From an uncultured Phycisphaeraceae bacterium (GTDB lineage: Bacteria > Planctomycetota > Phycisphaerae > UBA1845): a stretch of DNA of 15,635 bases. The notes beneath the pieces are model-generated. The model had not been told where the DNA came from and ran no database searches. It worked only from the letters and a program-made list of their open reading frames with translations. The translations under genes and the position numbers were made by a program. Below, piece after piece: positions 1-8,762 of the stretch; position 1 is the first letter of the stretch; each line of letters begins with the position of its first letter. The stretch spans positions 18,223-33,857 of the forward strand of contig CAYQFV010000023.1 of assembly GCA_964416845.1 (NCBI GenBank), written 5' to 3'.

Positions 1-1797
1 GTCTTGCATCCGCGACGGGTGCTGAACGGCGTGGTGGCGGGGGTTCGGGACTACGGCAATCGGATGGGCATCCCGACGGTGAACGGTGCGATTGTTTTTG
101 ACGAGCGATTTTTGACGAATCCGCTGGTGTTCGTCGGCTGCGTTGGGTTGATCCCGCGGGATCGGATCGACAAAGCGCCGGTGGCCAGTGATTACATTGT
201 GGTGGTGGGCGGGCGGACGGGCCGTGATGGGGTGCATGGTGCGACGTTTTCGTCTTCGGAGTTGACGCATTCGCACGCCGACGAGTTTTCGCATGCGGTA
301 CAGATCGGCAATCCCATCGAGGAGAAGAAAGTTCTGGACGCGGTGCTGGCGGCCCGCGATCACGAATCGGGCTGTCTGTTTCGGTCGATTACGGATTGCG
401 GAGCGGGCGGGTTGAGCAGTGCGGTGGGCGAGATGGCGGAGACGTTGGGCGGCGAGGTTGATCTGGAAAAAGTGCCGCTCAAGTATGCCGGCCTGCGCTA
501 TGACGAGATTTGGATTTCCGAAGCGCAGGAGCGAATGGTGCTGGCGGTTTCGGAAGACCGGTTGGAATTGCTCTTGGACGTGTTCGGTCGCGAGGCGGTG
601 GAGGCGACGGTCATCGGCCGATTCAGCGGTGACGGTCGTTTGCGGATTCGGTATGGCGGCGTGGTGGTGGGCGATTTGGATGTAACGTTTCTGCACGAAG
701 GTCTGCCGCGGACGACGCGCGAGGCGACGTGGCGGTCGGACGGTGGTCGGCGATCGGCGGCGGATGTCGCGATGGCGTCTGACGGGCCGCTCGAGGAGTT
801 GCTGCTGGCGACGCTGGGCGAGTTGAACGTTGCGTCGAAGGAGTGGGTGATTCGTCAGTACGACCACGAGGTTCAGGGCGGCAGCGCGATCAAGCCGTTG
901 GCGGGCCCGGGCGATGGGCCTTCTGATGCGGCGGTGGTGCGTCCGCTTCTGGACAGCAACGTTGGCGTTGCGGTGTCGTGTGGGTTGTGCGTTGATTCGG
1001 GAGGCGATCCGTATGTGATGGCGATTCGGGCGGTGGACGAGGCGCTTCGTAACGTGATCTGCGTGGGCGGTGATCCGAAGCGGACGGCGATTTTGGATAA
1101 TTTTTGCTGGGGTGGTGTGGACGATCCGGAGGCGTTGGGGGCGCTGGTCCGGGCGTGCAAGGGGGCGCACGATGCGGCGGTGGCGTATGGGCTGCCGTTC
1201 ATTTCGGGTAAGGATTCGTTGAACAATCAGTTCTCCATGACGCAGGCGGAGGCGGATCGCGTGGGCTTGCCGTCGACGGTGTCGATTCCTGATACGCTGT
1301 TGATCAGCGCGATCAGCGTTGTGGCTGATGTGGGCCGATGTGTGACGATGGATTTCAAAACCCCGGGCGCGCGGCTGGTGTGCGTGGGGCGGGGCGTTGG
1401 AGATGATCTTGCGGCTGCGATGGCGGTGCATCGGCGGGTGGCTGGCTGGATTGGTGACGGCAGGGTGTCAGCCGCCCACGACGTGAGCGACGGCGGGTTG
1501 GCGACGAGCGTGGCGGAGATGTGCATCGCGAGCGGTTTCGGGGCGACGGTGTCTTTAGACGCGCTGGGCGGGCAAGCGTCGCAGCGGCCGGCCTTGTTCT
1601 CTCCGGGGTGGGCCCGGTATGTGTTGGAGGTGGTGGACGGTGCGGATGTCGCGTCTGATGATCTCGTGGAATTGGGACGCGTGCGGAGCGAGCCTGTGCT
1701 TGAATTCGGTCGCGGCGGGTTGACCGTTGCGTCGTTGGCGGTGTCTGCGATGCGACGTGCGTGGCGGTCGCCGCTTGGTGAAAAGGGGGGAGCGTAA
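1..1797 (+). CDS. purL: Phosphoribosylformylglycinamidine synthase subunit PurL (FGAM synthase II), 5'-truncated at the window edge
   Basis: The ORF runs in frame from base 1 (track 4..1797). Both AIR-synthase-related halves typical of PurL are visible, e.g. DHESGCLFRSITDCGAGGLSSAVGEM and HDVSDGGLATSVAEM. Length and order fit the small-type PurL followed by PurQ. Stop is TAA at 1795-1797. Confidence 0.85.
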   Translation, partial: VLHPRRVLNGVVAGVRDYGNRMGIPTVNGAIVFDERFLTNPLVFVGCVGLIPRDRIDKAPVASDYIVVVGGRTGRDGVHGATFSSSELTHSHADEFSHAVQIGNPIEEKKVLDAVLAARDHESGCLFRSITDCGAGGLSSAVGEMAETLGGEVDLEKVPLKYAGLRYDEIWISEAQERMVLAVSEDRLELLLDVFGREAVEATVIGRFSGDGRLRIRYGGVVVGDLDVTFLHEGLPRTTREATWRSDGGRRSAADVAMASDGPLEELLLATLGELNVASKEWVIRQYDHEVQGGSAIKPLAGPGDGPSDAAVVRPLLDSNVGVAVSCGLCVDSGGDPYVMAIRAVDEALRNVICVGGDPKRTAILDNFCWGGVDDPEALGALVRACKGAHDAAVAYGLPFISGKDSLNNQFSMTQAEADRVGLPSTVSIPDTLLISAISVVADVGRCVTMDFKTPGARLVCVGRGVGDDLAAAMAVHRRVAGWIGDGRVSAAHDVSDGGLATSVAEMCIASGFGATVSLDALGGQASQRPALFSPGWARYVLEVVDGADVASDDLVELGRVRSEPVLEFGRGGLTVASLAVSAMRRAWRSPLGEKGGA

Positions 1798-1801
1798 CGA
1801 C

Positions 1802-2572
1802 ATGGCTTCTGTTCGCGTTCTCATCATTCGCGCCCCGGGTACCAATTGCGAGTTGGAAACAGCCTACGCTTGGCAACTGGTTGGTGCGCAGACGAACATC
1901 GTGCGTGCGGCTGAACTGATGGATTCGCCGTCGCTGCTCGATGATGTTCAGGTTTTGACCGTGCCGGGCGGGTTTTGCTATGGGGATGACATTTCTGCGG
2001 GGAAGATTCTGGCCAGCGAAATGATGCTGTTTCTCTCGGACGCGCTTGGTGCGTTTGTGTCGGCCGGCAAGTTGGTGCTGGGGATTTGCAACGGGTTTCA
2101 GGTATTGGTCAAGACGGGGTTTCTGCCGGCGGGGCGCGTGGGTGACGGTGCGGTGACACTTTCGTTGAACACGTCGGCGCGCTATGAGGACCGCTGGGTT
2201 CATTTGCAACCGGCGTCGGAGCGCTGCCGGTTCGTGGATGGCGACGGGCTGCTGTATCTTCCGATCGCTCATGCGGAGGGGCGCATCGTGGTGCGAGACG
2301 ACGACGCGCTGGACGGGCTGCGGAGCGGCGGGCACGTTGCGTTTCGTTATGTGGATGGTGATGGCGAGGTCGGCGATTTTCCGATCAACCCGAACGGCAG
2401 CGCGGATGCGATCGCCGGGTTGACCGATGACACCGGGCAGGTGCTGGGCTTGATGCCCCATCCGGAGCGACACATTCACCCCACGCACCATCCGCTGTGG
2501 ACTAGATTGGATCGCGACCGTCGTCCTGACGGCCTCCGGCTGTTTGAATCAGCCGTTGCAAGCTTGCGGTAA
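1802..2572 (+). CDS. purQ: Phosphoribosylformylglycinamidine synthase subunit PurQ (class I glutamine amidotransferase)
   Basis: ATG at 1802 lies 4 nt after the purL stop, preceded by a G-rich SD (aaggggggag). N-terminus MASVRVLIIRAPGTNCE and the catalytic-Cys motif GICNGFQVL are present, with the C-terminal HPE(R) region. Length is 256 aa. The track ORF (1727..) is an in-frame upstream extension that overlaps purL. Confidence 0.85.
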   Translation: MASVRVLIIRAPGTNCELETAYAWQLVGAQTNIVRAAELMDSPSLLDDVQVLTVPGGFCYGDDISAGKILASEMMLFLSDALGAFVSAGKLVLGICNGFQVLVKTGFLPAGRVGDGAVTLSLNTSARYEDRWVHLQPASERCRFVDGDGLLYLPIAHAEGRIVVRDDDALDGLRSGGHVAFRYVDGDGEVGDFPINPNGSADAIAGLTDDTGQVLGLMPHPERHIHPTHHPLWTRLDRDRRPDGLRLFESAVASLR

Positions 2573-2593
2573 CAAGGTTTGCGTAGGCCTGCT

Positions 2594-2664
2594 TCGCGGC
2601 CGAAGACGTGAAGGGAAGATGCTTGCGCGGGCACTCATCGCTTCCCCCACGTCTGAAGACGTGG
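2594..2664 (+). other. Structured intergenic element between purQ and aroC: small hairpin cttcg-cggc-cgaag (2594-2607), an imperfect long hairpin (about 2604-2618 pairing with 2641-2654), and the near-perfect palindrome ccacgtctgaagacgtgg (2647-2664)
   Basis: Inverted repeats read directly from the sequence. The 9-mer gaagacgtg occurs at 2602-2610 and again at 2655-2663. There is no T-run typical of an intrinsic terminator. Confidence 0.3.
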
Positions 2665-2736
2665 GCCACCCCGTTGCCTCGTTCGAAGGGCGGGGGCTCT
2701 TTTCGGGTGGTGGATCGTTGCGTATGATCGGTGGTT

Positions 2737-3894
2737 ATGGCGAGGCTTGATTATCGAACGGCGGGGGAGTCTCACGGTCAGAAGCTGATCGTGCTGATCG
2801 AGGGCATGGTTGCGGGCGTGACGTTGGACGTGGGCATGATCGACCACGAACTGCGTCGCCGACAGGGCGGGTATGGTCGTGGCGGGCGGATGGCGATTGA
2901 GTCGGACTCGGCCAACATCCTGTCGGGCGTTCGCAACGGCGTGACGATCGGCTCGCCGATTGCGATTGAGATTGCCAACAAGGATTTTCGCATCGATGAA
3001 GCTCCGCCGGTTCACGGACCGCGACCGGGGCATGCGGATCTGGCGGGGAGTCTCAAATGGCTGACGACGGATTGTCGTGAAACGCTCGAGCGAGCGTCTG
3101 CGCGGGAGACGGCTGCGCGGGTGGCGGCGGGGGCGCTGAGTCGCTGTCTGACGCGGGTGTTTGACATTGAGGTGGTGGGATTCGTACGCAGGATTTTCGA
3201 TGCGGCGGCTACGGTGGATCCTGCTTGGACGCCCGATGAATTGATCCGACGGCGAGATGCGAACGAGGCGTACTGTCCGGACGAGGCGGCTGCCACCGCG
3301 ATGATCGCTGCGATCAAGCAGGCGAAGAGGGACAAGGACACGTTGGGGGGCGTGGTCGAGGTGCAGGTTCACGGTCAGCCGCCGGGGTTGGGGAGCAGTG
3401 TTCGCTGGCAGGACAAGCTCGATGGGCGTTTGATGCGGGCGGTGGGTTCGATTCAGGCGTTCAAGGGGGTTGAGATTGGGATGGGGTTCGGCGTTGCGTC
3501 GCGCCGGGGTAGCGATGTTCATGATGAGATCGGATTCGACGCGTCGGCTCGCGAGACGGCGTCGGTGGGGTTCACGCGCAGTCGCAACAATGCCGGTGGG
3601 ATTGAGGGCGGGATGACCAACGGTCAGCCGATTGTGGTGCGGGCGGCGATGAAGCCGATCGCCACGTTGTTGCGTGGTATGAACAGTGTGAATCTTGAGA
3701 CCAAGAGTCCGCAGCGCAGCGACTATGAGCGGAGCGATGTGTGCAGCGTGCCGGCGGCTTCGGTGGTGGCGGAGAACGTGGTTGCGTTCGAGGTGGCGAG
3801 GGCGTTTCTGGACAAGTTCGGGGGTGATACGCTGGTGGAAGTTCAGGCTGCCTACGATCAATACCTTCGATCCGCGCGGGCGCTAGGGTCGTGA
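2737..3894 (+). CDS. aroC: Chorismate synthase
   Basis: N-terminus MARLDYRTAGESHG matches the chorismate synthase start (xRxxTAGESHG). The characteristic LRRRQGGYGRGGRMAIESD loop is present. Length is about 385 aa. The track starts at a GTG at 2731. The ATG at 2737 gives the canonical N-terminus. Confidence 0.85.
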   Translation: MARLDYRTAGESHGQKLIVLIEGMVAGVTLDVGMIDHELRRRQGGYGRGGRMAIESDSANILSGVRNGVTIGSPIAIEIANKDFRIDEAPPVHGPRPGHADLAGSLKWLTTDCRETLERASARETAARVAAGALSRCLTRVFDIEVVGFVRRIFDAAATVDPAWTPDELIRRRDANEAYCPDEAAATAMIAAIKQAKRDKDTLGGVVEVQVHGQPPGLGSSVRWQDKLDGRLMRAVGSIQAFKGVEIGMGFGVASRRGSDVHDEIGFDASARETASVGFTRSRNNAGGIEGGMTNGQPIVVRAAMKPIATLLRGMNSVNLETKSPQRSDYERSDVCSVPAASVVAENVVAFEVARAFLDKFGGDTLVEVQAAYDQYLRSARALGS

Positions 3895-4072
3895 AGCTAC
3901 CCGGGGGGGGCACGTCTTCAGGCATGGGGAAGGCGATGAGTGTATGCCAGAAATCCGGCGCGTGATCATCGTGTCCCCCACGGCTAAAGCCATGGGGCAC
4001 CCATCCATCAGATCATCAGCCACCGAGCACTAGTTGGCGGGGTGGCGGGGAGTGCAGGCGGAGTTGGCGGGC

Positions 4073-5632
4073 ATGTTGCGATATCGAAAGGTCATTTTGG
4101 CGGTTTCGGTGTTGCTGGTGGTCGGTCCGATCTCGGTGACGGTGGGGACGGCGCTTCGTTGGTCCAGCGCAGGCTATCGACGGGCTGTTGAGTCGCGATT
4201 GTCCAATCGTTTGCACATGCCGGTTTCGATCGGGTCGATCGAACCGCTGTCGTTGACTGCCCGCCGGTTCGTCGACATCAGTTTGATGCTGCCCCGTCTG
4301 GGCGTGGAGGTTTTTCGCTGCGCGCAGGCTGACTGGCGAGACGATTCGCACGAGGGCGTCGCATCGTATTCATTGGATTTGGATCGCGGATGGCTGCTGG
4401 TCGGTGCGGACGAGTGGGATCGTTCGGACTATCGCGAGATGTTGCGCAGTGGGCTGGGGCATGATTTTTCCGCGCTGCACCTGCGTGAGATTCGTCTGCG
4501 GGCGATCGATCTGGTGTGGCGACACGAGCAATTTGCGTTCACCGCATCCGAGTGCAGCGGGCAGATTAGGTTTGACGACGACGGAGCCGGCCGGGCGTCG
4601 GTCACATCGGAGACGCTGAACGGGACTCGGGTGGCCGAGCCGATCAACATTGTTGCCCATTTCACGCCCGGTTCGAGGCTGCGATTTCACAAGGTCGTGG
4701 TGGATGTTCCGCGAGCGCCGCTGAGCGCGATCGGGTTGGATGCGTTGTTGGGGGCTCGGGTGACGCGTGGAACGTTCGTCGGGCAGATCGTTTATCGCGA
4801 CACGGGCGAGGGGCGACAGATCTCCGTTGGCGGCGGGATCAACGATGCGCTGTTGTCGGAATTGACGAAGCCGCTTCCGGGCGGGCCGTACGATGGGGAG
4901 GTCAACGTTGAGCTTGACGAGGCGCGATTCGTTCATGGTGAGTTGGCGGCCTTGCGGTTCTCCGGCTCGCTTGACGGTCTGAAGCTGGAACAGATTGGCG
5001 TGCTCGCGTCGATTCCGCCGTTGGAAGGCAGCGTCGATCTGCGGGTTCATCAAGCGTCGTACGAAAACGGCCGAGTTGAATACTTCAGTGCTGAAGGAAG
5101 TGCCATCGGGTTGTCACTTTCTCAATTGAGCGGGCTGTTCGGTGGCGGGCTGGTGACCGGTACGATGTCGGTCACGATTGACTCGCTCCTGATTGTCGAC
5201 GGTCAACTGTCGCTGGCGAACATCACCCTGCGGGCCACGCCGCCGGAAGGCCGGGCGGGCACGATCGACCGGAGTGTGTTGCGGGAAGCGTCGTTGCAGT
5301 TGCTGGGTTTTGACGCGACAACGCTGTTGCCGCCGGGCGTTGGGGAGATTGAGTACACGCAGTTGGGCGTTCGATTGGTGTTGAATCGCGGCGAGTTGCG
5401 GGTGTTCGGCACGCATGGCGATGATGGTCGAACGATCCTGACGGTGAAGCTCTTCGGCCGGGAGTTCGGTGTTGTTAAGGAACCGCGGAAGACGTTCGCT
5501 GTCGATGAATTGCTTGCAGCCGTCCAGCAACGTGTGGGTGACTACGATGCGGCTGCGTTGCGAGAGTGGTGGGGGAGTCGCCGCTCGAAAGCGGCGGATG
5601 GCGGTCCGGACGATTCCGATTCGGAACGATAG
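4073..5632 (+). CDS. Hypothetical membrane-anchored protein of about 520 aa with a single N-terminal TM or signal anchor, function unknown
   Basis: Long ORF with coding-like composition. The ATG at 4073 gives MLRYRKVILAVSVLLVVGPISV (a hydrophobic anchor) and is preceded by ggcggag. The track's 4034 start is a TTG extension. The body is beta-rich and Gly/Leu/Val-rich with no motif I can recognise. The C-terminus is an acidic tail (DGGPDDSDSER). Confidence 0.5.
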   Translation: MLRYRKVILAVSVLLVVGPISVTVGTALRWSSAGYRRAVESRLSNRLHMPVSIGSIEPLSLTARRFVDISLMLPRLGVEVFRCAQADWRDDSHEGVASYSLDLDRGWLLVGADEWDRSDYREMLRSGLGHDFSALHLREIRLRAIDLVWRHEQFAFTASECSGQIRFDDDGAGRASVTSETLNGTRVAEPINIVAHFTPGSRLRFHKVVVDVPRAPLSAIGLDALLGARVTRGTFVGQIVYRDTGEGRQISVGGGINDALLSELTKPLPGGPYDGEVNVELDEARFVHGELAALRFSGSLDGLKLEQIGVLASIPPLEGSVDLRVHQASYENGRVEYFSAEGSAIGLSLSQLSGLFGGGLVTGTMSVTIDSLLIVDGQLSLANITLRATPPEGRAGTIDRSVLREASLQLLGFDATTLLPPGVGEIEYTQLGVRLVLNRGELRVFGTHGDDGRTILTVKLFGREFGVVKEPRKTFAVDELLAAVQQRVGDYDAAALREWWGSRRSKAADGGPDDSDSER

Positions 5633-5668
5633 CAGTTTTCTTGAACGGGCTGATCGCGTTCGGCAGAA

Positions 5669-8557
5669 TTACCAGGGCAAAGGTGCGGATGCGCCCAACC
5701 CCGGCCCCAGAACCACTGCGTTGAGCAGCAGTCGCCCGGTTCCCTCGAAGAATCCGCGAAAGAACGGTTCCGCAGCGAAGAGTACGAGTTGCCCGTTTCC
5801 GACGGATTCGACCGTTGCGTAGGCGGAGTTGGCCAGTCGTTGGCGCGCTTCGGGCCAGAGCAGACCGCTCAAGCGAAGGTGGTCGACGTCGAGCAGTCGG
5901 ACCGGCGTGGCGGCTGGGGGTTTGGACAGATAGGCGACGGTTCCGGAGATGAGCACGGGCAGTTTCTCGCCCGCGCCGAAGCACAGCCAGTGTTCCGGAT
6001 TGAGCGCAGCAGCCACGATAGCGCCGCGGGGGCTGAAGAGACGCTGCCACTGGTCGCTGCGTTCGAGTGATTTTGCGTCTTGAGTCTTCTTGTCGTTCTT
6101 GTCGTCGTCGCCACCGTCGGCGTTTGCTTGGGATTTCGCCGATTCGGATTCAGTCGCGGATCGGCCCCACACCTGGTCTGGATCGACGTTGACGTTGCGG
6201 GCGTGTTGTTCGCGTTTGAGGGCTTCGGCGTAGACGGGTAACTCTTTCAGCACGTCTCGACGGCGGCGCACGGATGACATGTCGCGTTTCTTGTTGGCGA
6301 AGAACGAAGCCGAGTTGCCGATGGCGATCAACGTTCCGCCGGCGCGCACCCACGTGCGAATCTTGTCAACGCCTCGCTCGCCGAGGACCGCTTCGACCCG
6401 GTTTTCGCTCCACGATGGGGGCAGGATGAGCACGTTGTATTTTCGAAGATCCATGGTAGCGAGGTTTTGGATGTTCAGCGGGGAGCAACGCAGCCCCAGT
6501 CGGTAGTCGAGCAGGTACCAGACGGACCCAAAGGACGTTGTGGCGATAGGCCATTGGGATGCGATGGCGACGCGCGGTTGACGCAAGAGTCGGAACCGCT
6601 GTCCTCCCAAGTCCGGACCTTGCTCGGCGAGTGCGGTGTCGACCGATCGGATGCGCAGGTCGAACGCTGCTTGGATCTCGGTCAGGGCGGTGGCGGCTGT
6701 GCTTGGGTTTTCGTGTCGTCGTAGAAGGATGCTACCCGGTGGATAGTCATGTCCGCCGATGGTGAATGGTTTGGTGGCGACGCGGAGTTGCAACTTGTCA
6801 TCGAACAGCCGGATGATGGCCGCATATATGTCGTCGGTCGCCCCGTCGATGATCCAACCGTAGGCCGGTTCGGGTGCGACGCTGTTTGATGCGTCGATCG
6901 ATGGGGCGTCGGTTGATGGTGTGCTCGCGACGACGTTGGCATGATTCGCCCAGAAGGCTTCGAGGCCAAACGCCATCGTGAGGTTCCATGCGGTGATGTC
7001 GTAGACTCGCGTGCTGCGGTGGTTCTCAAGGTCCTTGCGTTCTTCATTGAGGAATGTGTCGGATGTGTGCGGATCGAACGCGAGGATCGCGTGGAGGAGG
7101 CGTCTGTGCGGCTGATTGGATCGAACGATCAGCGTGCCGGCGGGGAATTGTCTGGACTCCTGCCGGTTACCCCATTGGTCGGCAACGCCTCGCGTTTGAA
7201 ACGCCTCGGTCGCTTGGGATGATTCGATGCCCTGACGACGCAACAGGTCGACGAGGCGGGCCATCGCTGGGGCGTCGGGCGTTGGGGACACAAGAAGCGT
7301 TTCGGTGTGCGGCCCTTCGTCCGAGACGGCCCAGACACGATCCGCGTGGAAGGCGGCGATGATGTCGGCCCGATGGGCCCGCAGTGATTCGAGATTGGCG
7401 AGGCTGCTGGTGAGGTGGTGGTAGACCGCTTCGCGGTAGGTGAGTGATTGGCCGGTGGCTTGGGTGATGGCGGCGCCGTTGACTCTGGCTTGTTCGTACA
7501 GGACACCCACCGCGCCCAGCAGGGAGGCCCATCCGTTGGTGTAGCCGGGGTACCACTCTTCGTACCACTCTCGTGTGTAGTAGCTCCAACCGTGGCGGTC
7601 GAATGCCGCCGCCTGATCGGCTGAGAACCGCCGTCGCCAGTCCAGCACTTTTTTCGAAAGATAGACGCTGATGGGTTCGCGCGGCGGGTCGAACAGGTAG
7701 GTGTCCAAGCCGCCCATTTCGTGGGAGTCGACCAGCAGGTGCGGGTTCCACGACAGGATGGCGGCTGCCCTGCCTCTCGTTTCGGGATGGACCTGCATCA
7801 ACCAGTCGCGGTTGAGATCGAAGAGGTAGTGGTTTCCTCGTCCGGCGGACCACAGGCCGGAGTGCTGCATGGATTGGTTGTCGGTGTTGACAACGCGACC
7901 GGTGAGTTGCTGTAGTTGGGTGAGATAGCGTTCCCGGCCGTCGGGATTCATGGTTGGATCGATGTGGATGACCAACTGTTCGCGGAGCGCGGTTGTGGCG
8001 GGGTCCGTGCCGGCGGCCAACTGATAGGCGAGCTGCATGGCAGCGTCGGTGCTTGATAGTTCGTCGCCGTGGATACCGTAGGCCAGCCAGGCGATTCCGG
8101 GTAGATGCTTGATGATGGATTGAGCGTCGTCGTCCGCGGCGAGCGTTCGGGGGTCGGCGAGTTTGGCGTTGTCTCGGCGGATCTGATCGATCTTGGCGTG
8201 GTTTTCTCGACTGGTGATCGTGAGGTAGTAGAGCGTGCGTCCCTCGTGCGATTGGGCGTAGGGCGTGATTGTTACGAGCGGCGATGCGTCGGCGAGTGTG
8301 TGGAGGTAGCGCGTGAGTGGATCGTATCGGACCGCGGTTGTGCCAACGGGGTATCCGATGATCGACTCGGGCGATGGGATGGCGGGATTCAGCGTTTCGG
8401 GATCGACAAACGCGGGTGTTGCCGGTGCGGTGGATTGAAGCGGACCGTCGTGGATCGGGCCTGCGGAGGCGCACCCCGCGGTGCAAAGACCCAACAGTGC
8501 GACGGCGCGAGCGGTGTTGCCCAGCCGTCTTCTTTGGTTTTGGTTGAAACGCAGCAT
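5669..8557 (-). CDS. Secreted M14-family zinc carboxypeptidase-like protein (962 aa) with a C-terminal extension
   Basis: ATG at 8557 with SD aaggag 13 nt upstream. N-terminal Sec signal peptide with an ASA|GP cleavage site. The carboxypeptidase N-terminal pattern is present (IGYPVG..RYDPLTRYLHTLADASPLVTITPYAQSHEGRTLYYLTI). A zinc-ligand HxxE lies in GIHGDELSS, and VDSHEMGG is a possible third ligand. The C-terminal region has a class-I-glutamine-amidotransferase-like signature (YNVLILPP..WVRAGGTLIAIGNSA). An acidic and lysine-rich low-complexity linker (GGDDDKNDKKTQDAKS) lies near the C-terminus. Confidence 0.65.
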   Translation of the reverse strand: MLRFNQNQRRRLGNTARAVALLGLCTAGCASAGPIHDGPLQSTAPATPAFVDPETLNPAIPSPESIIGYPVGTTAVRYDPLTRYLHTLADASPLVTITPYAQSHEGRTLYYLTITSRENHAKIDQIRRDNAKLADPRTLAADDDAQSIIKHLPGIAWLAYGIHGDELSSTDAAMQLAYQLAAGTDPATTALREQLVIHIDPTMNPDGRERYLTQLQQLTGRVVNTDNQSMQHSGLWSAGRGNHYLFDLNRDWLMQVHPETRGRAAAILSWNPHLLVDSHEMGGLDTYLFDPPREPISVYLSKKVLDWRRRFSADQAAAFDRHGWSYYTREWYEEWYPGYTNGWASLLGAVGVLYEQARVNGAAITQATGQSLTYREAVYHHLTSSLANLESLRAHRADIIAAFHADRVWAVSDEGPHTETLLVSPTPDAPAMARLVDLLRRQGIESSQATEAFQTRGVADQWGNRQESRQFPAGTLIVRSNQPHRRLLHAILAFDPHTSDTFLNEERKDLENHRSTRVYDITAWNLTMAFGLEAFWANHANVVASTPSTDAPSIDASNSVAPEPAYGWIIDGATDDIYAAIIRLFDDKLQLRVATKPFTIGGHDYPPGSILLRRHENPSTAATALTEIQAAFDLRIRSVDTALAEQGPDLGGQRFRLLRQPRVAIASQWPIATTSFGSVWYLLDYRLGLRCSPLNIQNLATMDLRKYNVLILPPSWSENRVEAVLGERGVDKIRTWVRAGGTLIAIGNSASFFANKKRDMSSVRRRRDVLKELPVYAEALKREQHARNVNVDPDQVWGRSATESESAKSQANADGGDDDKNDKKTQDAKSLERSDQWQRLFSPRGAIVAAALNPEHWLCFGAGEKLPVLISGTVAYLSKPPAATPVRLLDVDHLRLSGLLWPEARQRLANSAYATVESVGNGQLVLFAAEPFFRGFFEGTGRLLLNAVVLGPGLGASAPLPW

Positions 8558-8762
8558 TGGGATTGGACTCCTTCTCCGGAAACGGCTCGCGTGATAAGAC
8601 TATAAGCGACCAGATTCGTGCTGCCAAACCTCGTCGTTGTGCTTGGGTTCGACGCCCAACGCGAGCGCGCTTCGGTACAGTGCGTTCGATTCGACGCTGC
8701 GATGCTTGGCAAGTGGAGGACATCTACATAGACTAACGCCGACCTCTAAGGAAGGACGAACC
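8558..8762. promoter_or_regulatory. Divergent intergenic promoter region between the M14 peptidase (-) and the Rrf2 operon (+)
   Basis: 205 bp lie between divergent start codons. An AT-richer patch catctacatagactaac (about 8722-8740) may hold -10-like elements. Direct repeats of TTCGACGC occur at 8648-8655 and 8690-8697, and GTTCGA at 8684-8689. These are candidate operator sequences. This is inference only. Confidence 0.3.

Noticed and set aside
1355-2491. Long antisense or off-frame ORFs: 1355..2491 (-), 2635..3861 (-), 7167..8723 (-), 8804..9937 (-), 10305..11201 (-), 11691..13037 (-), 13202..13930 (+), 12167..12907 (+)
   Set aside because: All lie opposite or out of frame to genes with clear homology signatures. 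Their translations are Arg/Pro/His/Ala-rich low-complexity with no recognisable motifs. This is the typical open-frame artefact of GC-rich DNA.
2544-2750. 68-aa ORF in the purQ-aroC spacer, and the small ORFs 15098..15292 (+) and 12974..13231 (-) in intergenic regions
   Set aside because: No ribosome-binding sites, low-complexity translations, and each overlaps a palindromic repeat element. They are most likely non-coding.
5643-5661. Hairpin gaacg-ggctgatcg-cgttc between the convergent hypothetical and M14 genes, as a possible terminator
   Set aside because: The stem is only 5 bp with a 9-nt loop and there is no proper U-tract after it on either strand. This is too weak to call.
8585-8667. 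tRNA-like features: a 7-bp acceptor-like pairing gctcgcg (8585-8591) / cgcgagc (8660-8666) and a T-arm-like hairpin ttggg-ttcgacg-cccaa (8643-8659)
   Set aside because: The span would be 83 nt. No D-arm or anticodon arm can be formed from the intervening sequence, and there is no GTTC..A T-loop consensus beyond TTCGA. The pairing most likely arises from the TTCGACGC repeats in the promoter region.
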